Notes: generated by a model not told the origin, from the sequence alone. A stretch of 63,956 nt of DNA, filler included, from Vicugna vicugna (GCA_013265495.1; 78 parts of 75 records of this genome joined end to end with filler, not necessarily neighbours in it); one strand, 5' to 3'; shown: positions 11,844-24,994, counted from the first letter of the whole stretch. Made by a program: numbers and translations.

Positions 11844-12332
11844 AATATATCTATATAATTCAGTGGGTTATTACTTAGCTCTAAAAAGTATAAGTTCATG
11901 TCATTTGCAACAAATGGGTAGACTAAGAGGGTAATACGCTAAGTGAAATAAGTCAGACAGAGAATGACAAATGCTGAATGGTTTTACACATATTTGGAAT
12001 TTAAAACAAATGAACATAACAAAACAAATGGAGATATAGATATAGAAAGAAACAGGTTGCTCACAAGAAGGAGGGAAATGTGGTGAAGAAAAAGAAATAG
12101 TTGAGGATAATTAAGAGAGAAAATTTTCAGTTGCAAATTAAACGTGTAAGGGACAAGAAATATACAGTATGGGGAATAGTCAATAACTATGAAATATTTT
12201 AAATAGCAAAATATAATAAATAGATTTAATAATGTAATCAGTATTAAATGTATTAAAAAGAGCAAACAGTATGTTATAGTTTTATACATTAAAGTACACT
12301 TCAAAAACAAACAAACACACTTATAGAAAAAA
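11844..12332 (+). mobile_element. LINE-1 ORF2 end and 3' UTR
   Basis: TGTCATTTGCAACAAATGGGTAGACT, GCTAAGTGAAATAAGTCAGACAGAGAA, TACAGTATGGGGAATAGTCAATAA. Confidence 0.85.
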
Positions 12333-12432
12333 NNNNNNNNNNNNNNNNNNNNNNNNNNNNNNNNNNNNNNNNNNNNTTAATTAATTAANNNNNNNNNNNN
12401 NNNNNNNNNNNNNNNNNNNNNNNNNNNNNNNN

Positions 12433-12904
12433 TACAGTATATTGAACCCAAAATTAAGAACATGGAATGCAGAACATGGAATTAACAATATACAATAACG
12501 TATACTGATTATAGAATAAGAATATACCATGTAGAACAAAGAATTTAGAATATAGAATACCGAATACTGAATATAGAATATGAATATACAATGTAGAACA
12601 CAGAATTTAGAATATAGAATACAGAATACTGAATATAGAATTTAGAATATACAATGTAGAACACAGAATATAAAATATAAAATATAGAAAACGGAATGCA
12701 GAATATAGAATACAGAATAAGAACACAAAATTGAGAACATGGAATGCAGAACACAGAATTTAGAATATAGAAAACAGAATACTGAATATAGAATTTCGAA
12801 TATAGAATGTAGAACACAGAATTTAGAATATAGAATAAAGAATACTGAAAATAGAACTAAGAATATAGAATGTAGAACACAGAAAATAGAATATAGAATA
12901 TGGA
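12433..12904 (+). repeat. Satellite family E: degenerate heptamer (AGAAYNN)n
   Basis: agaattt agaatat agaatac agaatac tgaatat agaattt agaatat acaatgt agaacac (12602-12664). Confidence 0.95.
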
Positions 12905-13004
12905 NNNNNNNNNNNNNNNNNNNNNNNNNNNNNNNNNNNNNNNNNNNNTTAATTAATTAANNNNNNNNNNNNNNNNNNNNNNNNNNNNNNNNNNNNNNNN
13001 NNNN

Positions 13005-14067
13005 TTCAGTTCTGAGAGATAAGTTTGTGTGAAAGCCGTAATTCACCTAACTTGAAGGGAACACAAAGCTTCTTTACAGTTGCAAACTCCAATCCATACA
13101 TGTATATGGGGAGGTCCAAGTTCCAACACGGTTTTACAGTGAAAACGGCAGGCACTTCAAACCGGCACTAGGAAACAGACTGAGAAACCAGAGTAAGGGT
13201 TTCTCCTGCAACCCGTTCCNNNNNNNNNNNNNNNNNNNNNNNNNNNNNNNNNNNNNNNNNNNNNNNNNNNNNNNNNNNNNNNNNNNNNNNNNNNNNNNNN
13301 NNNNNNNNNNNNNNNNNNNNNNNNNNNNNNNNNNNNNNNNNNNNNNNNNNNNNNNNNNNNNNNNNNNNNNNNNNNNNNNNNNNNNNNNNNNNNNNNNNNN
13401 NNNNNNNNNNNNNNNNNNNNNNNNNNNNNNNNNNNNNNNNNNNNNNNNNNNNNNNNNNNNNNNNNNNNNNNNNNNNNNNNNNNNNNNNNNNNNNNNNNNN
13501 NNNNNNNNNNNNNNNNNNNNNNNNNNNNNNNNNNNNNNNNNNNNNNNNNNNNNNNNNNNNNNNNNNNNNNNNNNNNNNNNNNNNNNNNNNNNNNNNNNNN
13601 NNNNNNNNNNNNNNNNNNNNNNNNNNNNNNNNNNTTTTACAGTGGGCAGGCACTTCAAAACCGCACTAGGAAACAGACTGAGAATCCAGATTCAGGGTTT
13701 CTCCTTCAACCCGTTCCCTTTGTGCTGGGTGAACGAACGTCTCTCCACATGCTCAGTTCTGAGAGATAAGTGGGTGTGAAAGCCGACCTTCACTTAGCTT
13801 GAAGGGAACACAAAGATTCTTTTCAGTTGCCAACTCCACTCCATACATGTATATGGGGAGGTCCAAGCTCCAACTCGGTTTTACAGTGAAAACGGCAGGC
13901 ACTTCAAACCGGCACTAGGAAACAGACTGAGAAACCAGAGTAAGGGTTTCTCCTGCAACCCGTTCCCTTTGTGCCGGATGAACGAACGTCTCTCCACATG
14001 TTCAGTTCTGAGAGATATGATCGTGTGAATGCCGTACTTCACCTAGCTTGAAGGGAACACAAAGATT
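13005..14067 (+). repeat. Satellite family D (249-bp monomer)
   Basis: CACTAGGAAACAGACTGAG at 13664 and 13913 (period 249). Confidence 0.95.
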
Positions 14068-14167
14068 NNNNNNNNNNNNNNNNNNNNNNNNNNNNNNNNN
14101 NNNNNNNNNNNTTAATTAATTAANNNNNNNNNNNNNNNNNNNNNNNNNNNNNNNNNNNNNNNNNNNN

Positions 14168-15144
14168 TACAAAGTCAAAGTAAATATTTCAGAGTGGGTA
14201 GGTAACTTGTTTTTTTGTTGAAACATCTGTCATGCGCATGTTCACAACTCAGAAATGCATGTTTGAGGAATCCGTGATGCATGAAACATGCTCGTAATAC
14301 GGAATTCCATGGTTATGTAAACAATGTAAATTACATGTGTATTGGTGAGAATTCATGAGAATTCACACAAAGAGTTTTTTCTGGCTCCAAATGTCCGATT
14401 TTACAACCTGGTGAGAGGAAAAACCTATGAAGTCAGAATAAATATTTCTAAGCCTATATACGCCTTGTTCGGTGGGTGAAAGTTCTGTAATCCACATGTT
14501 CACAATTCAGAAACGCATGATTGCCAAATCCGTCATACATGTAGCATGTACGGAACCCGGAATTCCATGTTGTTGGAATACATGTAAATTACATATCTGT
14601 TAGTTGGAAATCGCTCCAGAACTATTTTTCTGTGAAAAATGCACGAATTCGAACCTGGTGTTAGGGAAAGCTTGTGAAAATGTGTACACGTGTCTAGATG
14701 AAAGTATTCCTTTTATAGAGGATGAAAGATAAGTAATCCACATGCTCTCAACTCAGGAATGCAACTTTGTCGAATCGGCCATGTATGTATCATGTACGGA
14801 GCACGGAATATCATGTAGATGGAATCTATTCTAATTACATATCTCTAGGGAAGAATTCGCTACAAGAGGTTTTTTGTGGGATCAAAGTTTGATTCTTAAA
14901 ATTGGTTAAAGGAAGATGCTGCGAAGTCAAAGTAAATATTTCATGGTGCGTAGGTAACTTGTTTGGTTGTTGAAACATCATTCATGCGCTTTTCACAACT
15001 CAGAACTGCATGTTTGAGGAGTCCGTGATGCATGAAACATGTTCGTAATACGGAATGCCATGGTTATGTAAACAATGTAAACTACATGTGTATTAGTTCG
15101 AATTCGCTCCAAGAGTGTTTTCTGGTGCCAGATGTCCGATTTTA
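14168..15144 (+). repeat. Satellite family C, more than one full HOR unit
   Basis: Subunit anchors (TCACAACTCAG-like) at ~14241, 14499, 14745 and 14992. The HOR restarts at 14924 versus 14172 (752 bp including a 10-bp local duplication). Confidence 0.95.
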
Positions 15145-15244
15145 NNNNNNNNNNNNNNNNNNNNNNNNNNNNNNNNNNNNNNNNNNNNTTAATTAATTAA
15201 NNNNNNNNNNNNNNNNNNNNNNNNNNNNNNNNNNNNNNNNNNNN

Positions 15245-16626
15245 CTCTGGTTTCTCAGTCTGTTTCCTAGTGCCGGGTGGAAGTTCCTGTGTTTTGCACT
15301 GTAAAAACGTGTTGAAGTTAGTTCCTGCCCATATATATGTATGGAATGGATTTTGCAAGTGACAAGAAACTTTGTGTTCCCTTCAAGCTAGGTGAAGGAC
15401 GGCTTTNNNNNNNNNNNNNNNNNNNNNNNNNNNNNNNNNNNNNNNNNNNNNNNNNNNNNNNNNNNNNNNNNNNNNNNNNNNNNNNNNNNNNNNNNNNNNN
15501 NNNNNNNNNNNNNNNNNNNNNNNNNNNNNNNNNNNNNNNNNNNNNNNNNNNNNNNNNNNNNNNNNNNNNNNNNNNNNNNNNNNNNNNNNNNNNNNNNNNN
15601 NNNNNNNNNNNNNNNNNNNNNNNNNNNNNNNNNNNNNNNNNNNNNNNNNNNNNNNNNNNNNNNNNNNNNNNNNNNNNNNNNNNNNNNNNNNNNNNNNNNN
15701 NNNNNNNNNNNNNNNNNNNNNNNNNNNNNNNNNNNNNNNNNNNNNNNNNNNNNNNNNNNNNNNNNNNNNNNNNNNNNNNNNNNNNNNNNNNNNNNNNNNN
15801 NNNNNNNNNNNNNNNNNNNNNNNNNNNNNNNNNNNNNNNNNNNNNNNNNNNNNNNNNNNNNNNNNNNNNNNNNNNNNNNNNNNGTGTTCTCTTTAGGTGA
15901 TGGACGGCTTTCACACACACTTATTTCTCAGAACTGAGCATGTGGAGAGACTTTCGTTCATCCAGCACAAAGGGAACGAGTTGCAAGGGAAATTCTTACT
16001 GTGGTTTCTCAGTGTGTTTCCTAGTGCCGGGTGGAAGTTCCTGTGTTTTGCACAGTAAAATCGAGTTGAACTTAGTTCCTCCCCATATATATGTAAGGAC
16101 TAGTGTTTGAAAGTGAATAGAAACTTTGTGTTCCCTTCAAGTTAGGAGAAGGACGGCTTTAACACCCACTTATCCCTCAGAACTGAGCATGTGTAGAAAC
16201 GTTCGTTCATCCAGCACATACGGAACTGGTTGCAGGAGAAACAATTACTCTGGTTTCTCAATCTGTTTCCTAGAGCCGGTTTGATGTTCCTGAGATTTTC
16301 ACTATAAAACCGAGTTGGAGCTTGTACCTCCCCATACATATGTATGGTTTGGAGCTTGCAAATGAAAAGAAACTTTGTGTTCCTTTCAAGCTAGGTGAAG
16401 GAGGGCTTTCACACACACTTATCTCTCAGAACTGAGCATGTGGAGAGACGTCCGTTCATCCAGCACAAAGGAAGCGGGTTGTAGGAGAAACACATACTCT
16501 GGATTCTCAGTCTGTTTCCTAGTGCCGGATTGTAGTTCCTGCAGTTTGCACTGTTAAAACGAGTTGCAGCTTGTACCTCAACATATATATGTATGGTGTG
16601 GAGTTTGCAACTGAAAGAAAATTTGT
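15245..16626 (-). repeat. Satellite family D
   Basis: Tandem TTCTCAGTCTGTTTCCTAGTGCCGG, the reverse complement of the 13005 block. Confidence 0.95.
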
Positions 16627-16726
16627 NNNNNNNNNNNNNNNNNNNNNNNNNNNNNNNNNNNNNNNNNNNNTTAATTAATTAANNNNNNNNNNNNNNNNNN
16701 NNNNNNNNNNNNNNNNNNNNNNNNNN

Positions 16727-17525
16727 AGGCAGCCTCTGTCACTGGGATATCTTGCCAACACCCCTAGCATTTCCTGGCACAGAGATATTAGGTTAATCCT
16801 CAGGGGAGGCGAGCTTAGGTTTTCCGTTGGAACCCACGCGCTGCCGACCGTTGGTGGATCCTCCCCACGCTCAGGATTCCGGAAACATTGTCAGTGCGTG
16901 GGGGAGCTTGAGAGACAACTCCACGCAGCTCTCTTCAGTCACAGGTGTTCCCTGTACGGGGAAGTCCGAGAAATACCTTCCCTGACCTTGGGGAGGCAGC
17001 CTCTGTCACTGGGATATCTTGCCAACACCCCTAGCATTTCCTGGCACAGAGATATTAGGAAAACCCTCAGGGGAGACGAGCTTAGGCTTTCCGTTAGAAC
17101 CCACGCACTGCCGACCGTTGGTGTAACCTCCCAACGCTCAGGATTCCGGAAACATTGTCAGTGCGTGGGGGAGCTCGAGAGACAACTCCACGCAGCTCTC
17201 TGCAGTCACAGGTGTTCCCTGTTCGGGGAAGTCCGAGAAATACCTTCCCTTACCTTGGGGAGGCAGCCTCTGCCCCTGGGATATCCTGCAAACCTCCCTA
17301 GCATTCCCTGACACAGAGATATTAGGAAAACACACAGGGGAGTTGAGCTTAGGCTTTCCGTTAGAACCCACGAGCTGACGACCGTTGGTGGAACCTCCCC
17401 ACGCTCAGAATTCCGGAACCAATGTCAGTGTGTGGGGGAGCTTGAGAGAAAACTCCACGCAGCTCTCTTCAGTCACAATGCGGGGAAGTCCGAGAAATAA
17501 CCTCCCTGATCTTGGGGAGGCAGCC
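16727..17525 (+). repeat. Satellite family A, about 3 copies
   Basis: AGGCAGCCTCTG recurs at 16727, 16994 and 17261 (period 267). Confidence 0.96.
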
Positions 17526-17625
17526 NNNNNNNNNNNNNNNNNNNNNNNNNNNNNNNNNNNNNNNNNNNNTTAATTAATTAANNNNNNNNNNNNNNNNNNN
17601 NNNNNNNNNNNNNNNNNNNNNNNNN

Positions 17626-18388
17626 TCGGGTACAAGCGGCGGCAAAGAGGCGGGGTTCAGGGACTACTAAAGGGGGGGGGCACCAGGAACCCTGGCTGCA
17701 GGCCACGGACCCACTTCAGGTTCCTAATTGGCCGCCCCACCCGGGCATCACCGACGAACCCCTACCTACGCGCCTCCCCAACTGCGCAGCCCAGGCCTCA
17801 CCTGCCTGCTCCCTGACCTGCGCGCCCCCACCAACGCCCCCTTACCTGCTCGGCAGCAGCAGCAGCGTAGGCGACAACAAGCGGCGGTCCAGACCCCAGG
17901 CCGCGTTCCTCCGGAGGGGCTGGTCCAGGAGCACCCGGCTCCCGCCAGCTCCCACACGCTCTGGACGGAGCGCAGCGGCCTCGCATCCTCCCGTCTGTGC
18001 GTCCGCGCGCGCGCGCCGCGCCCCTCCTCCTCCTGAGCGCAGCGCGGACGCTCGGGTTGGGTCTTCTGCCATACCGGACCCGAGGAGTGGGCCCTGGCGG
18101 GCCCGGGCGGTGGGGCGGATCCCCATCCCCAGCGCCCTCACCCTGCCAAGGACAGGATCTCCGCACCCAGCAAGAACCACCTCCGGCCGGGGCCAGGGCT
18201 GGGGCCAGGGCCGGGCCGGGCCAATCCACTCCCCCTGCTCGCCGCCCCTCCCACCCCATCGGTGCCTCCACACCCCCAGCCAGGCCCGGTCCCTGACCAG
18301 ATCCCCAAGACCAGTTTTTTTCCTGCTTACACCGAGATCCCCATCCCCACACCCTGCCCCACTAGGTCGTAACCTACGGCCCCTGCAC
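17626..18388 (-). promoter_or_regulatory. CpG-island promoter and putative non-coding first exon (paralog 1), gene unidentified
   Basis: Very GC/CpG-rich. CAG|GTAAG donor on the minus strand (exon ends at 17846). CCAAT at ~18221 and GC boxes upstream. Colinear with 36840-37200. Confidence 0.6.
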
Positions 18389-18488
18389 NNNNNNNNNNNN
18401 NNNNNNNNNNNNNNNNNNNNNNNNNNNNNNNNTTAATTAATTAANNNNNNNNNNNNNNNNNNNNNNNNNNNNNNNNNNNNNNNNNNNN

Positions 18489-19137
18489 ACAGAGGCTGCC
18501 TCCCGAAGGTCAGGGAAGGTATTTCTCAGACTTGCCTGAACACGGAACACCTGTGAATGAAGAGAGCTGCGTGGAGTTTATTCTCGAGCTCCCCAACCCA
18601 CTGGCAATGTTCCCGGAATCCTAAGCGTGGGGAGGATCCACCAACAGTCGGCAGCGCGTTGGTTCTTACGGAATGCCAAATCTCATCTCCCCTGAGGGTT
18701 TTCCTAATGTCTCTGTGCCAGGGAATGCTAGGGGTGATTGCAGGATATATCAGTGACCGAGGATGCCTCCCCAAGTTCAGGGAAGTTATTTCTCAGACTT
18801 CCCAGTACTGGGAACATCTGTGACTGAAGAGAGCTGCGTGGAGTTGTCTCTCGAGCTCCCCAACGCACTGACAATGATACCGGAATCCTGAGCGTGGGGA
18901 GGTTCCACCAACGGTCGGCAGCGCGTGGGTTCAAACGGAATACCTAAGATCGTCTCCCCTGAGGTTTTTCCTAATGTCTCTGTGCCGGGAAATGCTAGGG
19001 GGTTTGCAGGTTATCCCAAGCTGCCTCCATCAGGGAAGGTATATCTCGGACCTCCCCTAACGGGGAACTGCTGTGACTGAGGAGAATTTCGTGGAGTTTT
19101 CTGTCGAGCTCCACCACGCACTGACAATGGTTCTGGA
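18489..19137 (-). repeat. Satellite family A
   Basis: Reverse complement of the family A monomer (CTGAGCGTGGGGAGGTTCCACCAACGGTCGGCAGCGCGTGGG). Confidence 0.95.
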
Positions 19138-20122
19138 NNNNNNNNNNNNNNNNNNNNNNNNNNNNNNNNNNNNNNNNNNNNTTAATTAATTAANNNNNNN
19201 NNNNNNNNNNNNNNNNNNNNNNNNNNNNNNNNNNNNNACCATTATTGGAAATGCAAGAAGAGCATGAGTGGCAAGAAGAAACCAGAAGAAGGCAAGGAGA
19301 ACATCAATACCCTAAAAATGGGAGAGGGAAGCAGGAAATCATAGGTGATTGGAAGCACTATCTTAAGTGAATCAGCTTATATGACTCTCTGTTTGAAGCA
19401 AACGGAGAGATGCATGGCCTGACGTGTTTGCAAAACAAACGAGAAGCAGACCAACAAAAATCAAACAAACAAACATGCACCCAAAGTGTACGGTTGGCTG
19501 ACATATATCAAGGGAACCATGATTATTCAAAAGAAAATACTCAAAGTGATGTCAAGGATCATNNNNNNNNNNNNNNNNNNNNNNNNNNNNNNNNNNNNNN
19601 NNNNNNNNNNNNNNNNNNNNNNNNNNNNNNNNNNNNNNNNNNNNNNNNNNNNNNNNNNNNNNNNNNNNNNNNNNNNNNNNNNNNNNNNNNNNNNNNNNNN
19701 NNNNNNNNNNNNNNNNNNNNNNNNNNNNNNNNNNNNNNNNNTGCCATATTCTAGGCTACGTAGAGAAGAATTGTAAGAAGCCTATAACAAAGGCAAGTAG
19801 CTCTGCCAAAGTGTACTAAGAGCAAAAGAGACTGACAGCAAAGTGCACATTGGGGTTGGTTTCATTTCTTGGAATTTCAGCCCCCATGAAACCAATGGAA
19901 CCATGTCCTGAGATGAGGGGTGTTTCAGCAGAAATCAACTGATGGATATGTATTCCGGCTGTACGGATATTACAGGAACATACGTTTCCTTTAGAGGGTC
20001 TCTGTGTACTGTGAACTGTTAGNNNNNNNNNNNNNNNNNNNNNNNNNNNNNNNNNNNNNNNNNNNNTTAATTAATTAANNNNNNNNNNNNNNNNNNNNNN
20101 NNNNNNNNNNNNNNNNNNNNNN

Positions 20123-20926
20123 ATAGAGAATAGAGAATACGGGGTGCAGAATATAGAACACAGAATACAGCATGTAGAACACAATATATAGAATACTGAT
20201 TAGAGTATATAGAAACCAAAATTTACAACATAGAATGTAGAACCCAGAATTTAGAATATAGAATACAGAATACTGAATATAGAATTTAGAATATAGAATG
20301 TAGAACACAGAATATAGAATANNNNNNNNNNNNNNNNNNNNNNNNNNNNNNNNNNNNNNNNNNNNNNNNNNNNNNNNNNNNNNNNNNNNNNNNNNNNNNN
20401 NNNNNNNNNNNNNNNNNNNNNNNNNNNNNNNNNNNNNNNNNNNNNNNNNNNNNNNNNNNNNNNNNNNNNNNNNNNNNNNNNNNNNNNNNNNNNNNNNNNN
20501 NNNNNNNNNNNNNNNNNNNNNNNNNNNNNNNNNNNNNNNNNNNNNNNNNNNNNNNNNNNNNNNNNNNNNNNNNNNNNNNNNNNNNNNNNNNNNNNNNNNN
20601 NNNNNNNNNNNNNNNNNNNNNNNNNNNNNNNNNNNNNNNNNNNNNNNNNNNNNNNNNNNNNNNNNAAATTAGAATGTAGAACACAAAATATAGAATAAGG
20701 AAAACAGAATACAAAACCCAGAATTTAGAATATGGAATGCAGGACACAGAATTTAGAGTATATAATACGGAATACTGAATATAAAATTTAGAATATGGAA
20801 TGTAGAACACAGAATATGGAATGTAGTATACGGAAGGCAGAATATTGAGTACAGAATATTGAATGTAGAACAAAGAATTTTGAATATGGAAAACAGAACA
20901 TAGAATCCAGAATTTAGAAAATGGAA
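20123..20926 (+). repeat. Satellite family E heptamer
   Basis: AGAATTTAGAATATAGAATACAGAATACTGAATATAGAATTT, as in the 12433 block. Confidence 0.94.
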
Positions 20927-21026
20927 NNNNNNNNNNNNNNNNNNNNNNNNNNNNNNNNNNNNNNNNNNNNTTAATTAATTAANNNNNNNNNNNNNNNNNN
21001 NNNNNNNNNNNNNNNNNNNNNNNNNN

Positions 21027-21226
21027 CTAGCATTCCCTGGCACAATGACATTAAGAAAATCTTCAGGGGAGGCGAGCTTAGGCATTCCACTAGAACCCAC
21101 GCGCTGACGACCGTTGGTGGAACCTCCCCACGCTCAGGATTCCGGAACCATTGTCAGTTCGTGGGGGAGCTCGAGAGACAACTCCACGCAGCTCTCTTCA
21201 GTCACAGGTGTTCCCTGTTCGGGGAA
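21027..21226 (+). repeat. Satellite family A fragment
   Basis: Direct match to the family A monomer. Confidence 0.95.
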
Positions 21227-21326
21227 NNNNNNNNNNNNNNNNNNNNNNNNNNNNNNNNNNNNNNNNNNNNTTAATTAATTAANNNNNNNNNNNNNNNNNN
21301 NNNNNNNNNNNNNNNNNNNNNNNNNN

Positions 21327-21522
21327 CTTCAGTCACAGGTGTTCCCTGTTCGGGGAAGTCCGAGAAATTCCTTCCCTGACCTTGGGGAGGCAGCCTCTGA
21401 CACTGGGATATCCTGCAAAACCCCCTAAAATTCCCTGGCACAGAGAAAATAGGAAAACACTCGGGGGAGAATAGCTCAGTCTTTCCGTTAGAACCCACGC
21501 GCTACCGACCGTTGGTGGAACC
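21327..21522 (+). repeat. Satellite family A fragment
   Basis: Direct match to the family A monomer. Confidence 0.95.
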
Positions 21523-22822
21523 NNNNNNNNNNNNNNNNNNNNNNNNNNNNNNNNNNNNNNNNNNNNTTAATTAATTAANNNNNNNNNNNNNNNNNNNNNN
21601 NNNNNNNNNNNNNNNNNNNNNNACACTTGCCGAAAAGAGGTCTGTTACTTCCAAAGACAGGATGAGGTCTTAGAACACCTGGAAGCAGGAGAAGGCAAAG
21701 CAGGGAATGGAAACCAGTGCAGGGTCTGACCCCTGGTGATGGAGAAGCAAAGGTGAATCTCTGTTTAACTTGGACGCACACTCTCAAGCGGACAGGAGAC
21801 ATGGGATTGAAGGTGATGCGCTGAGTGTTAGAAGAGTGCACAGCAGATGCTTGGCTGACAGAACTCAAAGAAACCAGCGCAAAATATCCCCACAGTTGAT
21901 TCTGAGNNNNNNNNNNNNNNNNNNNNNNNNNNNNNNNNNNNNNNNNNNNNNNNNNNNNNNNNNNNNNNNNNNNNNNNNNNNNNNNNNNNNNNNNNNNNNN
22001 NNNNNNNNNNNNNNNNNNNNNNNNNNNNNNNNNNNNNNNNNNNNNNNNNNNNNNNNNNNNNNNNNNNNNNNNNNNNNNNNNNNNNNNNNNNNNNNNNNNN
22101 NNNNNNNNNNNNNNNNNNNNNNNNNNNNNNNNNNNNNNNNNNNNNNNNNNNNNNNNNNNNNNNNNNNNNNNNNNNNNNNNNNNNNNNNNNNNNNNNNNNN
22201 NNNNNNNNNNNNNNNNNNNNNNNNNNNNNNNNNNNNNNNNNNNNNNNNNNNNNNNNNNNNNNNNNNNNNNNNNNNNNNNNNNNNNNNNNNNNNNNNNNNN
22301 NNNNNNNNNNNNNNNNNNNNNNNNNNNNNNNNNNNNNNNNNNNNNNNNNNNNNNNNNNNNNNNNNNNNNNNNNNNNNNNNNNNNNNNNNNNNNNNNNNNN
22401 NNNNNNNNNNNNNNNNNNNNNNNNNNNNNNNNNNNNNNNNNNNNNNNNNNNNNNNNNNNNNNNNNNNNNNNNNNNNNNNNNNNNNNNNNNNNNNNNNNNN
22501 NNNNNNNNNNNNNNNNNNNNNNNNNNNNNNNNNNNNNNNNNNNNNNNNNNNNNNNNNNNNNNNNNNNNNNNNNNGTTTCATTGGGACATTCCCGTGGCAC
22601 TACAAAGCACAAGCGCACTCTCAGTTTGCACTTTTGGAAACACTCCAAAGTGACATGGAGCACAATGCAGAGCTGAAAACCTTTAGAATCTTCATTTCCA
22701 CCAGAGGAAGTGTCCTGTGCACNNNNNNNNNNNNNNNNNNNNNNNNNNNNNNNNNNNNNNNNNNNNTTAATTAATTAANNNNNNNNNNNNNNNNNNNNNN
22801 NNNNNNNNNNNNNNNNNNNNNN

Positions 22823-24111
22823 GGGCACAGTTATTCCATGGTTGTGGGTTGTAGGTTAAAAAGCCACTTCCCATCGATAGGTTCTCTCTAATAGTTGGTT
22901 TAGAGCCCAACCCCCACATTCCACCCCTCTCCAGCCTAGGAATGCCATCAGGGAAGACAAGCTAAGGGATTCTATAAGAACCCAGGCGCTGCTGGCATTT
23001 GGAGGAGACTCCCCACAATCAGGATACCTGANNNNNNNNNNNNNNNNNNNNNNNNNNNNNNNNNNNNNNNNNNNNNNNNNNNNNNNNNNNNNNNNNNNNN
23101 NNNNNNNNNNNNNNNNNNNNNNNNNNNNNNNNNNNNNNNNNNNNNNNNNNNNNNNNNNNNNNNNNNNNNNNNNNNNNNNNNNNNNNNNNNNNNNNNNNNN
23201 NNNNNNNNNNNNNNNNNNNNNNNNNNNNNNNNNNNNNNNNNNNNNNNNNNNNNNNNNNNNNNNNNNNNNNNNNNNNNNNNNNNNNNNNNNNNNNNNNNNN
23301 NNNNNNNNNNNNNNNNNNNNNNNNNNNNNNNNNNNNNNNNNNNNNNNNNNNNNNNNNNNNNNNNNNNNNNNNNNNNNNNNNNNNNNNNNNNNNNNNNNNN
23401 NNNNNNNNNNNNNNNNNNNNNNNNNNNNNNNNNNNNNNNNNNNNNNNNNNNNNNNNNNNNNNNNNNNNNNNNNNNNNNNNNNNNNNNNNNNNNNNNNNNN
23501 NNNNNNNNNNNNNNNNNNNNNNNNNNNNNNNNNNNNNNNNNNNNNNNNNNNNNNNNNNNNNNNNNNNNNNNNNNNNNNNNNNNNNNNNNNTGTGCTGGAG
23601 AAACAAATTCCACGCAACTTTATGGGGCACAGGTGTTCCAATTTGGGAATTTGTTTTAAAAACTCCACTACCCATAGAGGGGCACTCCCTAACCCTTGTC
23701 TTTAGAGCCCATCCCCCACATTCGCTCACAGCCATGCCTAGGTAAATACTCAAGGAAGTCAAGGTAATAGATTGTATTAGACCCCAGGTGCTGCTGTCAT
23801 TTGGAGGGAACTCCCACCATTCAGGATAGAAGAACACTTCCTCGTTTGTGTGCTGGTGGTGGGGAAACAGGGTCAAGGCATCTTTCAGGTGGCACATGTA
23901 TTCCCACGTTGCTGGGTGTAGGTAAAATTTCTCAAATTCCCATGTCGATGCATTGGCAAATTCTTGGTATTAGAGCCGAAAACCCACATTCCCCAGCACT
24001 CCAGCCTAGGCAAACCATCAGGGAAGGCAAGTTATGTGATTCAAGTAGAACACAAGCGCTCCTGATATTTGTAGGAACTTCCCCACACTCAGGATCCCGG
24101 AACCCAACCTT
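22823..24111 (+). repeat. Satellite family B
   Basis: 23592-24111 is colinear with 59141-59683; 22823-23031 matches the reverse complement of ~55300-55483. Confidence 0.92.
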
Positions 24112-24994
24112 NNNNNNNNNNNNNNNNNNNNNNNNNNNNNNNNNNNNNNNNNNNNTTAATTAATTAANNNNNNNNNNNNNNNNNNNNNNNNNNNNNNNNN
24201 NNNNNNNNNNNGGGCCAGCGATCCGCTCTGGGTCCTGAGAGAGAAGGTGGGGAACAAAGGGAGGGAAGATATGGGAGGGGAAGGGAAGGAGGGGAAAAGT
24301 GGAGGGAGACAGATGGACAGGAGGTGCAGAGAGAAGGCAGGTATCTGGAGTTGGGAGGGGAGTAGCAGAGATGGGGAGAAAGCGTTTTACCTCTGGGGGC
24401 AGGGCAAAGAAGGCAGCAGTCCTGCCTATGCACCCTTCTTAAACCCTCAATGCCCACAGTTCATATTTTACGTCCCTGGCCCAGCCCTCCAGCTAAGGTC
24501 TCTGCAGAACCCCTACGGGTATCACACTCGTTGCCAATGCCCCCACAAGGAGCTGGGTTTACTGTTTCTCCAGGAACGAAGCACCCGCAGGTGTCGCTCA
24601 TAACTACCTTGGGAAGTGTACACATTCCCCTTTTACACGCTGGGAAACAGGTAGGCACGATCTCTGCCNNNNNNNNNNNNNNNNNNNNNNNNNNNNNNNN
24701 NNNNNNNNNNNNTTAATTAATTAANNNNNNNNNNNNNNNNNNNNNNNNNNNNNNNNNNNNNNNNNNNNGGAAGGAAGGAGATGTCTATCCTCAGTGTCCC
24801 AAATTCCTCCCCTTTGCTCCTCTATACACACTGAGGTAATGACTTCCCCCACACCACACCAGCACGGCAGCCTTTTTAAAGCTTGTTAATTGCTGAATCC
24901 GATGGTCCACACACCGCTCCCACAGGTGGAAGACGTGAGGGAGATGCCCCCTCTCCTGGCTTCCTCCCCTGTGCTCTCTCCTCCACAGACTCAC

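Noticed and set aside
17728..18436. Overlapping Pro/Arg/Gly-rich ORFs (also 36853-37929, 31495-32053, 5753-6114)
   Set aside because: These reflect stop-codon scarcity in GC-rich DNA; no convincing conserved frame between the two paralogous islands.
9438..24250. Isolated splice-site-like motifs (9438-9503 plus strand; acceptor near 24235 minus strand)
   Set aside because: No recognisable peptide, and too little sequence to support an exon call.
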